DNA of 63,764 nt, filler included. It is 7 parts of 7 records of this genome, joined end to end, with 100 filler letters (N's around TTAATTAATTAA, not from the genome) between each part and the next. Parts side by side here need not be neighbours in the genome. Positions count along the whole stretch, not along the records: positions 36,703 to 43,394 come from DRR723986_24812; positions 43,495 to 51,364 come from DRR723986_24817; 5 more parts are not named here. One strand, 5' to 3'. A program made the translations under genes and the position numbers. Below are positions 36,853 to 46,750 of this stretch, piece by piece. Below the pieces are notes generated by a model. The model was not told the DNA's origin, did not search any database, and worked only from the letters and a program-made list of their open reading frames with translations. Position 1 is the first letter of the stretch. Each line of letters opens with the position of its first letter.

Positions 36853-39459
36853 ATGGTTCATCGCCGTTTCCACCATCTTCACTTTGCTATGCTTGTAGGC
36901 TGGGCGGCCTGCGCTTGGGGCCCTCTGTGCGGAGTCGCCACCGCGGCTGACGAATTGCAGACGATTCTTCCTGCTCTGCAACAGCACTGCCTGCAATGCC
37001 ACGGTCCGGATGTTGCTGAAGCGGGGCTGCGAGTTGACCAGCTCACCAGTGATCTGACCAATCGAGACAACGCACTCCGATGGGCTGAAATTCGCAACGC
37101 TTTGAACCTGGGCGAGATGCCGCCAGAAGGCGAACCGCGGATCCCGACTCGGATCATTACCGCCACTTCGAAGTGGGTGACCCAGGGGCTGCGAGAAGCC
37201 GCCCGCGGTGAACTCAGTGCGGGCGGACGAGTTGTCCTGAGACGACTGAATCGGCACGAGTACACCAACACAGTGGCCGATCTGCTGTCGATGAAGTTTC
37301 CCCCGGGAGAAAATCCGCTGGATGTCCTTCCGCCTGATGGCACCGCGGAAGGTTTTGACAAAGTCAGCTCGGCCCTGTTGCTCGATCCGTCATTAATGAG
37401 CCAGTACTACAACGTCGCCAGGCAGATTGCTGACCGAGCCATCGTGGACGGTCCGCCCGAGTTTCCTACCGAAAACATGCGGCTTGAATACGAAGAGATG
37501 GGCGACAGTCATGCGATTGGGTACCTGCTGACTCGGCGAGGCATGAAGACGGTGCCGGACGGAATCGAACTTGTCGAAGGCAACACGCGTTCTTTTGGAA
37601 TGCTGAGATACCCTGGTCGTCGAGATAACAATGTGGCTCCGGTGAACGGCTTTTATCGCTTTACCATTCGAGCTGGCGGGGCTCGCGGTGCCAACGGCGA
37701 AGTGCCTCGATTGAGACTCACGCACGCTCACCCTGACGACGGCATGCGGCTGGTCATGGAACGAGACATCACGGCTCCCTTCGATCAACCTGAAGAATAC
37801 AGCGTGGTGATTCCGCGAGACACGCTTGGCAACGAACTGAACATTACGCTGGTGAATTCAGAAAGCCTGATGATGGGGCAACGGCCGGGCGAAAATTTCA
37901 TGAGACGCAACGGGCAACTCGGGCGAGAAGGAAAGTTCGCTGAAACGCTGAGGCTGGATGGACGCAAGATCGCCGAAGGCTGGGGCGGAGAGCGTTCGAC
38001 GCCCGACCCGACGAAACTGGATGTAACTCAGTATCCTCGCCTGTTCCTGGATTACCTTGAAGTCGAAGGCCCGCTGTACGATCAGTGGCCTCCGAGAAGC
38101 CACACAACCATTCTTTTCAAAAGCGGTCCGGCTTCATCCCTCGATGAGACTACCGCGTCGCAGGAACAGAATTTGTCGAAAGGCATGGCGTACGCGCGAG
38201 AGATCTTTGCTCGTTTCCTGCCAAAGGCATGGCGTCGCCCCGTAACCGAAAACGAACTCAGCCCTATTCTTCGAGTCGTCGAAACAGAACTTGCCAATGG
38301 GCAGTCGTTTCACGAAGCCATCCGAATCGGCCTGGCTGCCAGCTTAACATCGCCCAACTTCCTGTACCTTGTTGAAGGAACGAAAGACAACCAGTCCAAC
38401 CCGTCGCCTCGCCCTGATGTTCATCAGCTCAATGACTACGAAATTGCGTCGCGTCTGTCGTACCTGATCTGGAACTCTATGCCGGACGACGAACTGTTCG
38501 AAGCGGCGGAGAACGGACGCCTGCAGAACGAGTCTGATCGAATAGCTCAACTGGATCGCATGCTAACCGACTCGAAGGCGGATCGCTTTGTTCAGAGCTT
38601 TGGACGTCAATGGCTGCGAACCGACACGTTTTTAGCATTTACTCCAGGCCAGCGGCAGTATCCTGACTACGACGACCGTCTGGCGGAAGCCATTGTGCAG
38701 GAGCCCCTCGAGTTTCTGCGGACGCTGCTGCGAGAAGACCTGAGCATGCTGAATCTGATCGACTCCGACTTCCTGACCATCAACCAGCGACTGGCCAAAC
38801 ACTACGGCATCGAAGGAGTCAAAGGGGACCACTTTCGAACCGTTGCCGTCCCGCCCGATTCACCTCGAGGTGGATTGCTGGCCATGGCGGGCGTTCACCA
38901 GGCGGGGTCCGATGGAGCTCGCACGAAGCCCGTTTCACGAGCCGTCTATGTGCGTGAGGTGTTGTTCAATGATCCGCCCGATCCTCCGCCACCGAACGCT
39001 GGCGAAGTTGAACCAAACATCAAGGGCGAGAAGCTAACGGTCCGGCAACGCCTCTTGCAACACCAGCAAATTGAAGCCTGTGCATCGTGCCATCGGTCTC
39101 TGGATCCTTACGGTCTGGCATTGGAAAACTTCAACGCGATCGGAGCATGGCGAGACCGACAGGATGGCGAACGCTTCCGCAACAGCGACCGAGATCCACC
39201 GATCGACGCCAGCGGCACTCTTCCCAACGGTCAGTCGTTTGCAGACTTCGACGAGTTTCGCCGCTTACTACTCGCTCAACCGGATCGTTTCCGCCGTTCG
39301 TTGGCTGAGAAGCTTCTGATCTACGCACTCGGTCGACCCATTGAGCCAACCGACGATGACACTTTGAACCAAATGATGACGGATATGAAGACGGGCGGAG
39401 ACACCTTTCGGTCTCTGATCAAATCGCTCGTCCGCAGCAAGGCCTTCGTGACAAAATGA
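36853..39459 (+). CDS. Planctomycete cytochrome-c/DUF1587-DUF1592-DUF1588-DUF1585 (PSD) protein
   Basis: CLQCH and CASCH, RRLNRHEYTNT, EIASRLSYLIW..MPD, RGGLL, LENFNAIG.WR; start uncertain. Confidence 0.9.
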   Translation: MVHRRFHHLHFAMLVGWAACAWGPLCGVATAADELQTILPALQQHCLQCHGPDVAEAGLRVDQLTSDLTNRDNALRWAEIRNALNLGEMPPEGEPRIPTRIITATSKWVTQGLREAARGELSAGGRVVLRRLNRHEYTNTVADLLSMKFPPGENPLDVLPPDGTAEGFDKVSSALLLDPSLMSQYYNVARQIADRAIVDGPPEFPTENMRLEYEEMGDSHAIGYLLTRRGMKTVPDGIELVEGNTRSFGMLRYPGRRDNNVAPVNGFYRFTIRAGGARGANGEVPRLRLTHAHPDDGMRLVMERDITAPFDQPEEYSVVIPRDTLGNELNITLVNSESLMMGQRPGENFMRRNGQLGREGKFAETLRLDGRKIAEGWGGERSTPDPTKLDVTQYPRLFLDYLEVEGPLYDQWPPRSHTTILFKSGPASSLDETTASQEQNLSKGMAYAREIFARFLPKAWRRPVTENELSPILRVVETELANGQSFHEAIRIGLAASLTSPNFLYLVEGTKDNQSNPSPRPDVHQLNDYEIASRLSYLIWNSMPDDELFEAAENGRLQNESDRIAQLDRMLTDSKADRFVQSFGRQWLRTDTFLAFTPGQRQYPDYDDRLAEAIVQEPLEFLRTLLREDLSMLNLIDSDFLTINQRLAKHYGIEGVKGDHFRTVAVPPDSPRGGLLAMAGVHQAGSDGARTKPVSRAVYVREVLFNDPPDPPPPNAGEVEPNIKGEKLTVRQRLLQHQQIEACASCHRSLDPYGLALENFNAIGAWRDRQDGERFRNSDRDPPIDASGTLPNGQSFADFDEFRRLLLAQPDRFRRSLAEKLLIYALGRPIEPTDDDTLNQMMTDMKTGGDTFRSLIKSLVRSKAFVTK

Positions 39460-40775
39460 ACATCATTCGATTTCCACAACTGAATCGCCGCACCTTTCTA
39501 AAGGGCAAGGGGACCTATCTCGCGCTGCCATGGCTGGAAGCCATGATGCCTCAGGGTGTCGCGGCCCCTTCGGCACCCGATGTCATTCCTCGCATGGGAA
39601 TGTTCTATTTCGGGACCGGCATGAACATGAGACAGTTTTACCCGGAGGGGGTCGGCGCTGATGCCAGGATGTCTCGGATTCTGAAGCCGCTGGAAGACCA
39701 TCGAGAAAACCTGACGGTGCTGTCTGGCACCTGGTTGAATCACGGAGGCGGGCATGACGGAGCGTACCCTTTTGCCACCGCGATTGCTCGAGGCGAAAAG
39801 CAGACGACTTCGCCCGACCAGATCGCCGCGCAGTTTCACGGCAAGCACACTCGGTTTCCATCGATGCAATTGTCTGTTAAGCGAGGCACCGGTTTCGGTA
39901 GCCAGGTTTTAGCCACGATTTCCTGGAACCAACAGGGAGTGCCTCTGGCGGCCGAGAACGATCCGAAGACTCTGTTTAACCGTCTATTTCGACCAGTCAG
40001 CGAAGAGCAGAAGTCGAAGCAAAGTGATGAATTTCGCCAGCGAGGAAGCGTGCTGGACGCGGTCTTGTCCGACGCCAAAAATCTTCAGGGGCGGCTTGGA
40101 AAAACAGATCGCCAACAACTGGATCAGTACTTCAATTCAATCCGAGAAGTCGAAAATTCACTCGAGCGTGAGATTGACTGGGCCGATCGCCCCAAGCCAT
40201 CCCCCGCGATGGACAAGCTGGGTGATGTTGATCGCGTGGTTGCACCGGAAGGCAACGGCAACTTTGTGTATGACCGTTACGCGAAATTGATGTATGACCT
40301 GATCACGCTGGCTTTCCAGACTGATTCCACTCGAGTGATCTCGTACGTGGTGCGAACGGAATTGGCCGGAGGCGTGTATCCGGAATTCGGAGTCGCCAAG
40401 GGGTACCACGAGCTGACTCATCATGGAAACGATCCGAAGAACCTGGAAGAGCTAGCCAAAGTTGACACCATTTACATGGGCCACTGGAAGTACTTCCTTG
40501 ATCGCCTGGCTTCGATTCAGGAAGGCGATGGAACGCTGCTGGACCACACCATGCTGGGCTTTTCGAGCGGAATGGGAATCGGCCACAGCAAAGACAATCT
40601 TCCCACCGTGCTGTCGGGAGGAAGTCGACTCGGCATCAAACACCAGACTCATCTGCAACTGAAAGAGCAGACTCCGCTTTCGTCCGTGTGGCAAACCATG
40701 CTGGATCGAATGGGCGTACCCGTCGAAGGTAACTTTCAGGACAGCCAAGGCGTGGTTGGGGAACTTCTGGGATGA
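39456..40775 (+). CDS. DUF1552 (HXXSHH-type) protein with Tat-like N-terminus
   Basis: NRRTFLKG..LALPWLEAM, HELTHH; ATGA overlap with its canonical DUF1592 partner. Confidence 0.9.
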   Translation: MNIIRFPQLNRRTFLKGKGTYLALPWLEAMMPQGVAAPSAPDVIPRMGMFYFGTGMNMRQFYPEGVGADARMSRILKPLEDHRENLTVLSGTWLNHGGGHDGAYPFATAIARGEKQTTSPDQIAAQFHGKHTRFPSMQLSVKRGTGFGSQVLATISWNQQGVPLAAENDPKTLFNRLFRPVSEEQKSKQSDEFRQRGSVLDAVLSDAKNLQGRLGKTDRQQLDQYFNSIREVENSLEREIDWADRPKPSPAMDKLGDVDRVVAPEGNGNFVYDRYAKLMYDLITLAFQTDSTRVISYVVRTELAGGVYPEFGVAKGYHELTHHGNDPKNLEELAKVDTIYMGHWKYFLDRLASIQEGDGTLLDHTMLGFSSGMGIGHSKDNLPTVLSGGSRLGIKHQTHLQLKEQTPLSSVWQTMLDRMGVPVEGNFQDSQGVVGELLG

Positions 40776-42124
40776 CCATAGAATCACTTCGCGCCCGATC
40801 GTTCACCCGGAATCTGGTTCTCCGTCGCGCATTCTCCTGTAGTGGACGAGGTAACGAGTCCACCGCCCACTGGCGGCATCACCAGTTCAACCGCTTGGGC
40901 ATCGCCCGGCGGTTGCGGTCTGAATCGCCGCAGTCGCGACGAGGGTGGCGGACTCGTTACCTCGTCCACTACGTATTCGCCTTCTTTGCGCTCAGGGCGT
41001 CGGCCTTTGCCTGGACCACGCCGGACTTGCTGTCTGAATCGCCGCGGTCGGGACGAGGGGGGCGGACTCATTACTTCGTCCACTACGTGTTCGCCTTCTT
41101 TGCGATCGGGGCGTCGGCCTTCGCTCAGGAACCCCTCTCCAAGCCCGCCAAATCCAAACGCAACTCGCTCGGCCAAGCCTTCGTTCTGATTCCAGCGGGT
41201 GAATATCGTCGAGGCTTTGACGGCAGCGACGGGCGAGAGAACCGCTTTCACACGACTCATGAATACAGCAATCGGCAGATCTTCAAACACGAAGGGCCGT
41301 CCCACAAAGTCATCCTCACCAAGCCTTTTGAAATCGCAACCACCGAAGTCACCGTGGGGCAGTTTCAAAGATTCGTAGCAGCGACCGGTTACGTCACCGA
41401 TGCGGAAAAGAACGAAGGTGCACTCGGTTTCTTCCCGAACGAAAAGGACTACGTCGACCGATTCCAGAAGTCAGCGAAGGTCACTTGGAAGACCCCCGGC
41501 TTCGAACAAACCGATGAACATCCCGTCGTCTGTGTCAGTTGGAATGATGCCCAGGCGTTCTGCGATTGGCTCTCGAAAACCGAGAACGCTCGCTACCGCC
41601 TCCCCACCGAAGCGGAATGGGAATACGCCTGCCGAGCCGCACAGCCAACATGGTATTCGTGGGGAGAGTCCCCGGACGATTCCTACCAACACGCCAACGT
41701 CGCAGACGGAGCCCTTGAAGCTGCCTATGCGAAAACCACGTCGTACCAGCGAGCCGTCCGACTTCAGGCCGACGACGGCGATGGAGCCATTTTTACGGCT
41801 CCGGTTGGCAGCTATCGAGCCAATCCATGGGGGCTTCATGACATGCATGGCAACGTGTGGGAGTGGTGTGAAGACCGGTGGAAAGCAGATCTGTACCGCA
41901 GCTACTTCGTGGGGGTGGACTGGCCGGATCGCAAGAATCTGACTCGTACTAACCCTGTCTTCCTTCAGGAAACCGACCAGCACAAATACGGCGACTGGCG
42001 ATCAATGCGAGGCGGAGCATGGACGTGCGCCCCAGCAGCAACTCGCTCCTCGATCCGCACATTCGCCGAAGCCGCCGATGCTTCGGTCTACACGGGCTTT
42101 CGCATTGTCCGAGACGTGCAGTAG
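40772..42124 (+). CDS. SUMF1/FGE-sulfatase domain protein with REP-derived N-terminal extension
   Basis: TEVTVGQF, HPVVCVSWNDA, RLPTEAEWEYACRA, GLHDMHGNVWEWC, RGGAW, TGFR. Confidence 0.88.
   Translation: MTIESLRARSFTRNLVLRRAFSCSGRGNESTAHWRHHQFNRLGIARRLRSESPQSRRGWRTRYLVHYVFAFFALRASAFAWTTPDLLSESPRSGRGGRTHYFVHYVFAFFAIGASAFAQEPLSKPAKSKRNSLGQAFVLIPAGEYRRGFDGSDGRENRFHTTHEYSNRQIFKHEGPSHKVILTKPFEIATTEVTVGQFQRFVAATGYVTDAEKNEGALGFFPNEKDYVDRFQKSAKVTWKTPGFEQTDEHPVVCVSWNDAQAFCDWLSKTENARYRLPTEAEWEYACRAAQPTWYSWGESPDDSYQHANVADGALEAAYAKTTSYQRAVRLQADDGDGAIFTAPVGSYRANPWGLHDMHGNVWEWCEDRWKADLYRSYFVGVDWPDRKNLTRTNPVFLQETDQHKYGDWRSMRGGAWTCAPAATRSSIRTFAEAADASVYTGFRIVRDVQ
40839..41086. repeat. GTAG-type REP elements (one forward, two reverse) with a 114-bp tandem duplication
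   Basis: GTAGTGGACGAGGTAACGAGTCC at 40839-40861, its exact reverse complement at 40950-40972, variant at 41064-41086. Confidence 0.85.
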
Positions 42125-42241
42125 GCTGAACCGTCGGAAGCACCATAGGTTGTGCTTGCTTGGAAATGCAGTTGTGTGTAATCTGAAGCTTGTACGAAAT
42201 CTTTCTCGATAAAAACGCAGAGGCGACGACCTCTGCCAAGA

Positions 42242-43342
42242 ATGCAATCTAAGCTCCGTCGGCAAATTTGCTACGAAGCAGCTCGGGCGATGTATTTTCG
42301 CCACGAGTCTGAGTACTACCGTGCGAAGCAGAAAGCGGCTCGTCGTATCTGCAAGGGCTGGGTAAAACCGGCTGATCTTCCCAGCAACGCGGAAATTCGC
42401 GATGAAATCCAAGCGCTCGCGCGTCTGCATGAAGGACAGTCGCGAACGGACAACCTTCGCGAGATGCGACTCGTTGGGCTGCGTGTGATGAAGTTGCTGG
42501 AGCGGTTTCGCCCGCAATTGATCGGCAGCACACTCACGGGACACGTTCGGCAGGGATCGGATATTGACATCCATGTTTTCAGTGACAGCATCGAAGCCAT
42601 CTGCAGTGCCCTAGATGAGCAGCAGTTATTCTACGACGTCGAACGAAAACGTGTCCGCAAAGATGGCGTGGAACGCGTCTACACTCATATTCATTTGCGC
42701 GACACGTTTCCGGTTGAGCTGACGGTCTACGGATCGAAGTGGTTCACGCACGTGTTCAAGAGCTCAATCACTGGCAAGCCTATCGAAAGAGCGTCGATGG
42801 TCCAGGTTGAAGACTTGCTTGTGCGGGAGTACCCGGACATCAATGTTGAAACCGAACTGGATTCTATGGAAGAACTCCCCGATCGCTTTCAGTTTTACAC
42901 CGCATTGCTCCTGCCGCTGGAGAATGTGATGCAGCATCCGAAGTATCATCCTGAGGGCGATGTGCTTTACCACAGCCTTCAAGTCTTTGATCACGCGTGC
43001 GATCAGCTCCCCTACGACGAGGAATTTCTGACAGCGGCGCTTCTGCATGACATCGGTAAAGGGCTTGATCCGTCAGATCATGTTGCCGCCGGACTAGACG
43101 CGTTGGAGGGTTTTGTTACCGAGCGGACGGCGTGGTTGATTGAGCATCACATGACTGCCCATAGGATTCTGGACGGGTCGATTGGTTCGCGGGCCCACCG
43201 ACGATTGCGCGAAAACGAAAGCTACGATGAACTCGTGCTGCTTTGCCAGTGCGATCAAGCTGGTCGAGTCGCGGGAGTGCAAACAAGCACCTTGGAAGAA
43301 GCCATCGAGACGATTCGGCAGCTTAGCTACGAAGGATTCTAG
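42242..43342 (+). CDS. Pol-beta-type nucleotidyltransferase fused to an HD domain
   Basis: IGS...SDIDIH NTase motif; YHPEGDVLYH...LLHDIGK HD motif of the CCA-enzyme type. Confidence 0.85.
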   Translation: MQSKLRRQICYEAARAMYFRHESEYYRAKQKAARRICKGWVKPADLPSNAEIRDEIQALARLHEGQSRTDNLREMRLVGLRVMKLLERFRPQLIGSTLTGHVRQGSDIDIHVFSDSIEAICSALDEQQLFYDVERKRVRKDGVERVYTHIHLRDTFPVELTVYGSKWFTHVFKSSITGKPIERASMVQVEDLLVREYPDINVETELDSMEELPDRFQFYTALLLPLENVMQHPKYHPEGDVLYHSLQVFDHACDQLPYDEEFLTAALLHDIGKGLDPSDHVAAGLDALEGFVTERTAWLIEHHMTAHRILDGSIGSRAHRRLRENESYDELVLLCQCDQAGRVAGVQTSTLEEAIETIRQLSYEGF

Positions 43343-43394
43343 TGCGAGTCGCACGGACGCTACCCCCAATGAATAGCTGACTCAAATAGGCGCA

Positions 43395-43494
43395 NNNNNN
43401 NNNNNNNNNNNNNNNNNNNNNNNNNNNNNNNNNNNNNNTTAATTAATTAANNNNNNNNNNNNNNNNNNNNNNNNNNNNNNNNNNNNNNNNNNNN
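43395..43494. other. Artificial contig linker
   Basis: Same 100-nt spacer. Confidence 0.98.
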
Positions 43495-44076
43495 TAGAAT
43501 ATTAATTAAACAGGAACGACGTTACATCTGTTGTAATCGATAAGTAGACTGACCTGAAACAATCACCTTCCTACGTACACTCTTACATTACTCAGACGTT
43601 TTTGTTTAGTCTTCGTGGGGGCAACTAGCCGACATTAGTCAACCCTTCCAATGACCCGAGCTAGATGGCGAAGATCAGATAAGGATATTAGCTGCAGTCA
43701 AAATCAAAGACAGTAGCACTACGTTTGTTGGTTGCACTCGCCCCCGTGAAGACTGCTTGAAAGCTGCCGAGCGCAAGAAGGTTTATGCAGCGATATTACA
43801 ACAAAGACAGTTGGGAGGAGTCGACATTGATGGCAAACGCTCAACAGAACCCAAAGGCCGGACATATTATTCATCGAAAGCCTCTGTTTCGGCATCCTGA
43901 TCCTTGCCTGCGGAAATGCTTCTGCTGAACCTTTGAGGAAGGGCGTCGACCAACACGATCATCAATGGCAAAAACCAGCCCTGCCCTCCAGAGCAGCCCA
44001 ATCTTCCAAGGATAGACAAACATCCAACAATAGTTTTCAACTAGGCAACATCTAATCCATGGCTTGAGGTGTCATA

Positions 44077-44883
44077 ATGAGAGTTATTGCAATCTCATTT
44101 TTCCTTGTAATGATATTACTTTTTCAGTCGCCAACTATTACGATGGCACAAGGGAGGCTTGATGGACATAGAAGCCTAAACAACAAGAAGCATGGCTATG
44201 CCATTAGTTCTGATGTTGCTCGGGCAGGAAGAAAATCTCAGCGTTTTGAAGTTAGGGCGGGAGATTGTGGAAAGAACGCAGACTGGGATGACTGCGCAAA
44301 CAATCGAGAGCGGTCTGAGATTTCAATCAAGAAAACTTGGGGCTACGGAAAAGATATCTGGATTGGTTTTAGTGTATTTCTGCCACCTAACTTCAAGACT
44401 AGTTCCCGAGTAAGAACTTCGGTGGGTCAAATCCATCAAAAGGGTGGTAACCGACCTACTGGGACTGCTGGTGGGCTTAAGAGCTTTCCTCCTCTGATGC
44501 AGATGGAGATGATAGGCGACAGATATTATATGGGCGTTCACATCCTCACAGGTCCGAAAGAGAACGTGAAAGATGTCACAAAAAATTTTGATCTAATCAG
44601 TGTTTCACAAATGAGAGGACGGTGGACGGATGTCGCAATCCACTTCGACACAAGTAAGGGCAACGAGCTTCTGGAAGTATTTGTGAATGGAAAGCTCAAG
44701 GGAAGTATCAAGAATTGGATAAACTTTAGGCCTGCGCAGTATTACCTTAAATACGGCATCTACAGGTCATTCGTTAGCAGGCATGGCGGACCAATGCCCA
44801 CTCAGGTTCTTTACATTGATGAAGTCAAAATGGGGAACTCTTTCGAAAAGGTGAAGCCCAATGAACAGCGTCCAGTGGACTGA
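44077..44883 (+). CDS. Secreted polysaccharide lyase-like protein (heparin lyase I / Polysacc_lyase fold)
   Basis: GAGG RBS, signal peptide, RFEVRAGDC...DC...RERSE, GQIH and YLKYGIYRS motifs. Confidence 0.75.
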   Translation: MRVIAISFFLVMILLFQSPTITMAQGRLDGHRSLNNKKHGYAISSDVARAGRKSQRFEVRAGDCGKNADWDDCANNRERSEISIKKTWGYGKDIWIGFSVFLPPNFKTSSRVRTSVGQIHQKGGNRPTGTAGGLKSFPPLMQMEMIGDRYYMGVHILTGPKENVKDVTKNFDLISVSQMRGRWTDVAIHFDTSKGNELLEVFVNGKLKGSIKNWINFRPAQYYLKYGIYRSFVSRHGGPMPTQVLYIDEVKMGNSFEKVKPNEQRPVD

Positions 44884-44926
44884 TTTCTGCAACGACTAGT
44901 TTGGAGACTTTAGGCTGAAACAAGCT

Positions 44927-45490
44927 ATGCCACTTATGAAACGCCTGTGCGTCCTGAGCTTGATCTCAACTTACTCGCCAGCCTTTGCTGACCCTGAAAG
45001 TCTCAACCCGTCGATCAGCAAGATCATCGACAGCTACAACAAGTCTTGCCATGCGGAGCAGTCTGAATTTCCAAGTATCGATGAAGACCCGATCGACCCT
45101 TCTGAAATGCTAGTCAGCCTTGATCCTATCAATGTTTATGACATTCAGATTGATGAAGCTGGGACTGTCGCAACAGTGCTATATCCAGAGTTCCACTGCA
45201 AAAATGTAGGGTATGGGTGGTGTGGGACGGGAGGCTGTGGCTTCTACCTTGTCGTTGAAGACAAAATCTTTCAGCGAGTGGGAGGCTTCCAACCCCAATC
45301 TGCAACCCTCTCAGGACCCTACGGCTATCAAACTGTTGTTGTATTCGGCGTTCATGGTAGTGGCTGTGAGGATGGGGACGGTAGAGGCGGTGCAGGTGTT
45401 GACCCTTGCTATGGGGTGGCTGTCTGGGACGAGCACAGGCAGTCCTTCTTTTCTAGAAATGGTGATTTAAAGGCTTGGTTGCCAGAGTAG
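44927..45490 (+). CDS. Exported Cys-rich hypothetical protein
   Basis: Signal peptide (PAFA), WCGTGGC motif, VHGSGC. Confidence 0.7.
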   Translation: MPLMKRLCVLSLISTYSPAFADPESLNPSISKIIDSYNKSCHAEQSEFPSIDEDPIDPSEMLVSLDPINVYDIQIDEAGTVATVLYPEFHCKNVGYGWCGTGGCGFYLVVEDKIFQRVGGFQPQSATLSGPYGYQTVVVFGVHGSGCEDGDGRGGAGVDPCYGVAVWDEHRQSFFSRNGDLKAWLPE

Positions 45491-45507
45491 GCTGTCTTGC
45501 AGGGCTT

Positions 45508-46023
45508 TCATGTCTCATCCCCCACAGATGGGCGTTCAACATTACCGTTGGCGATCTTACGCCTGTATCGTGAAATGGCCAAAAGCTCCCAGTGTCGTCT
45601 AATACCTACTTCTGAAGTTGTTTCAGGACCGCCCGTTTCTGTCTTGAACAATAGTTCTTTCTCAAGTCTTCTTGTTTCTTTTCTCAGATAAAAGGGTGTG
45701 TAAAAAATCAGCGAAAAGCCAATAAGGTATGATAACAGACTTCCAGTCCACGCATCTCCAAAAGCAGCTTGATAGACAAGATAAGCACCAACGCCTATTG
45801 AAGCTAACGCCGCCCAATAGAGGGTATCTCTCTTGGCATCATGGAGCAAAAACTGCAGTTCAGCAATGTAGGCAGTTACTTCCTCAGGCAAGTCATCTTC
45901 AGATGCAGCAGGGTGTTCAGGCATCAACGTGAATGCATCAAGGTACTTTTTCTCGTCTTCAGTCAGGTCACCCTTGTAGCCTTTCTGGCGATACCAAGGT
46001 AACCACTCCCCCTTCTTAGTCAT
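45508..46023 (-). CDS. Hypothetical membrane protein (two TM)
   Basis: GGGGAAG RBS, two hydrophobic helices. Confidence 0.7.
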   Translation of the reverse strand: MTKKGEWLPWYRQKGYKGDLTEDEKKYLDAFTLMPEHPAASEDDLPEEVTAYIAELQFLLHDAKRDTLYWAALASIGVGAYLVYQAAFGDAWTGSLLSYLIGFSLIFYTPFYLRKETRRLEKELLFKTETGGPETTSEVGIRRHWELLAISRYRRKIANGNVERPSVGDET

Positions 46024-46091
46024 GCATCTTCCCCCAAATGTTTAGTCAAGGCCTAAAATCAGTTCAGACGCTGAAAGGCCTCTCCTGACCT

Positions 46092-46706
46092 TTGATTGCC
46101 ATTTCCGCACGTGTCTCCACCTTGCTAACGGTCTTTATCCAGAGCCTTTTATCAACCCCTTTCCGACCAGTATACTCTGCAGGTGACCACCTAGATGAAT
46201 GGCTGTCGTCAGATGATAGCCCTGATGAGTGTATGTGCCTGTCAGATCTTGATGGCTTTATCCACAGTATCGTTTGCGGGCCTGTGATGATTTCAGTGGA
46301 AGAATGGCTACCTATCGTCTTGGGTGGTGCCCTATCTGACGTGCCTTCTTGGGTTTTGACGGATATAGCGACATTGCACATGGAAATGGTTGAGCGTCTG
46401 ATGTCAGACGATCCCCACATAGAACCGTTGTTCTGGCAGGCTCAGGAAGGCCACGTTATCGCCATGGACTGGTGTGAAGGCTTCATGGATGCTGTGAAGC
46501 TACGAGCAAAAGAATGGCTTCGCCTTACCGAAAGTGGTGAGTATGGTTCGTTGATGATGCCTATCCTTGTCCATATACTCGACTACAACGGCAATTCACC
46601 CTTCGAGATACCGCAAGAGGAGCTGGATCAGGTCCTAGATGATGCTGCGGACGCTATTCCTGATGCTGTAGTTGCTATCTATGAGTTCTGGCGACAAAGG
46701 GCATAG
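46092..46706 (+). CDS. UPF0149/YecA family protein; 5' end uncertain or degraded
   Basis: LSDLDGF..IVCGP..I...EWLP, WCEGFMDAV and V.AIYEFW motifs; family-like sequence starts near 46190. Confidence 0.75.
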   Translation: MIAISARVSTLLTVFIQSLLSTPFRPVYSAGDHLDEWLSSDDSPDECMCLSDLDGFIHSIVCGPVMISVEEWLPIVLGGALSDVPSWVLTDIATLHMEMVERLMSDDPHIEPLFWQAQEGHVIAMDWCEGFMDAVKLRAKEWLRLTESGEYGSLMMPILVHILDYNGNSPFEIPQEELDQVLDDAADAIPDAVVAIYEFWRQRA

Positions 46707-46750
46707 AGATCGGTACTTCTCTATTTTCCTTAGTAATAGAGCCGTTCTGT

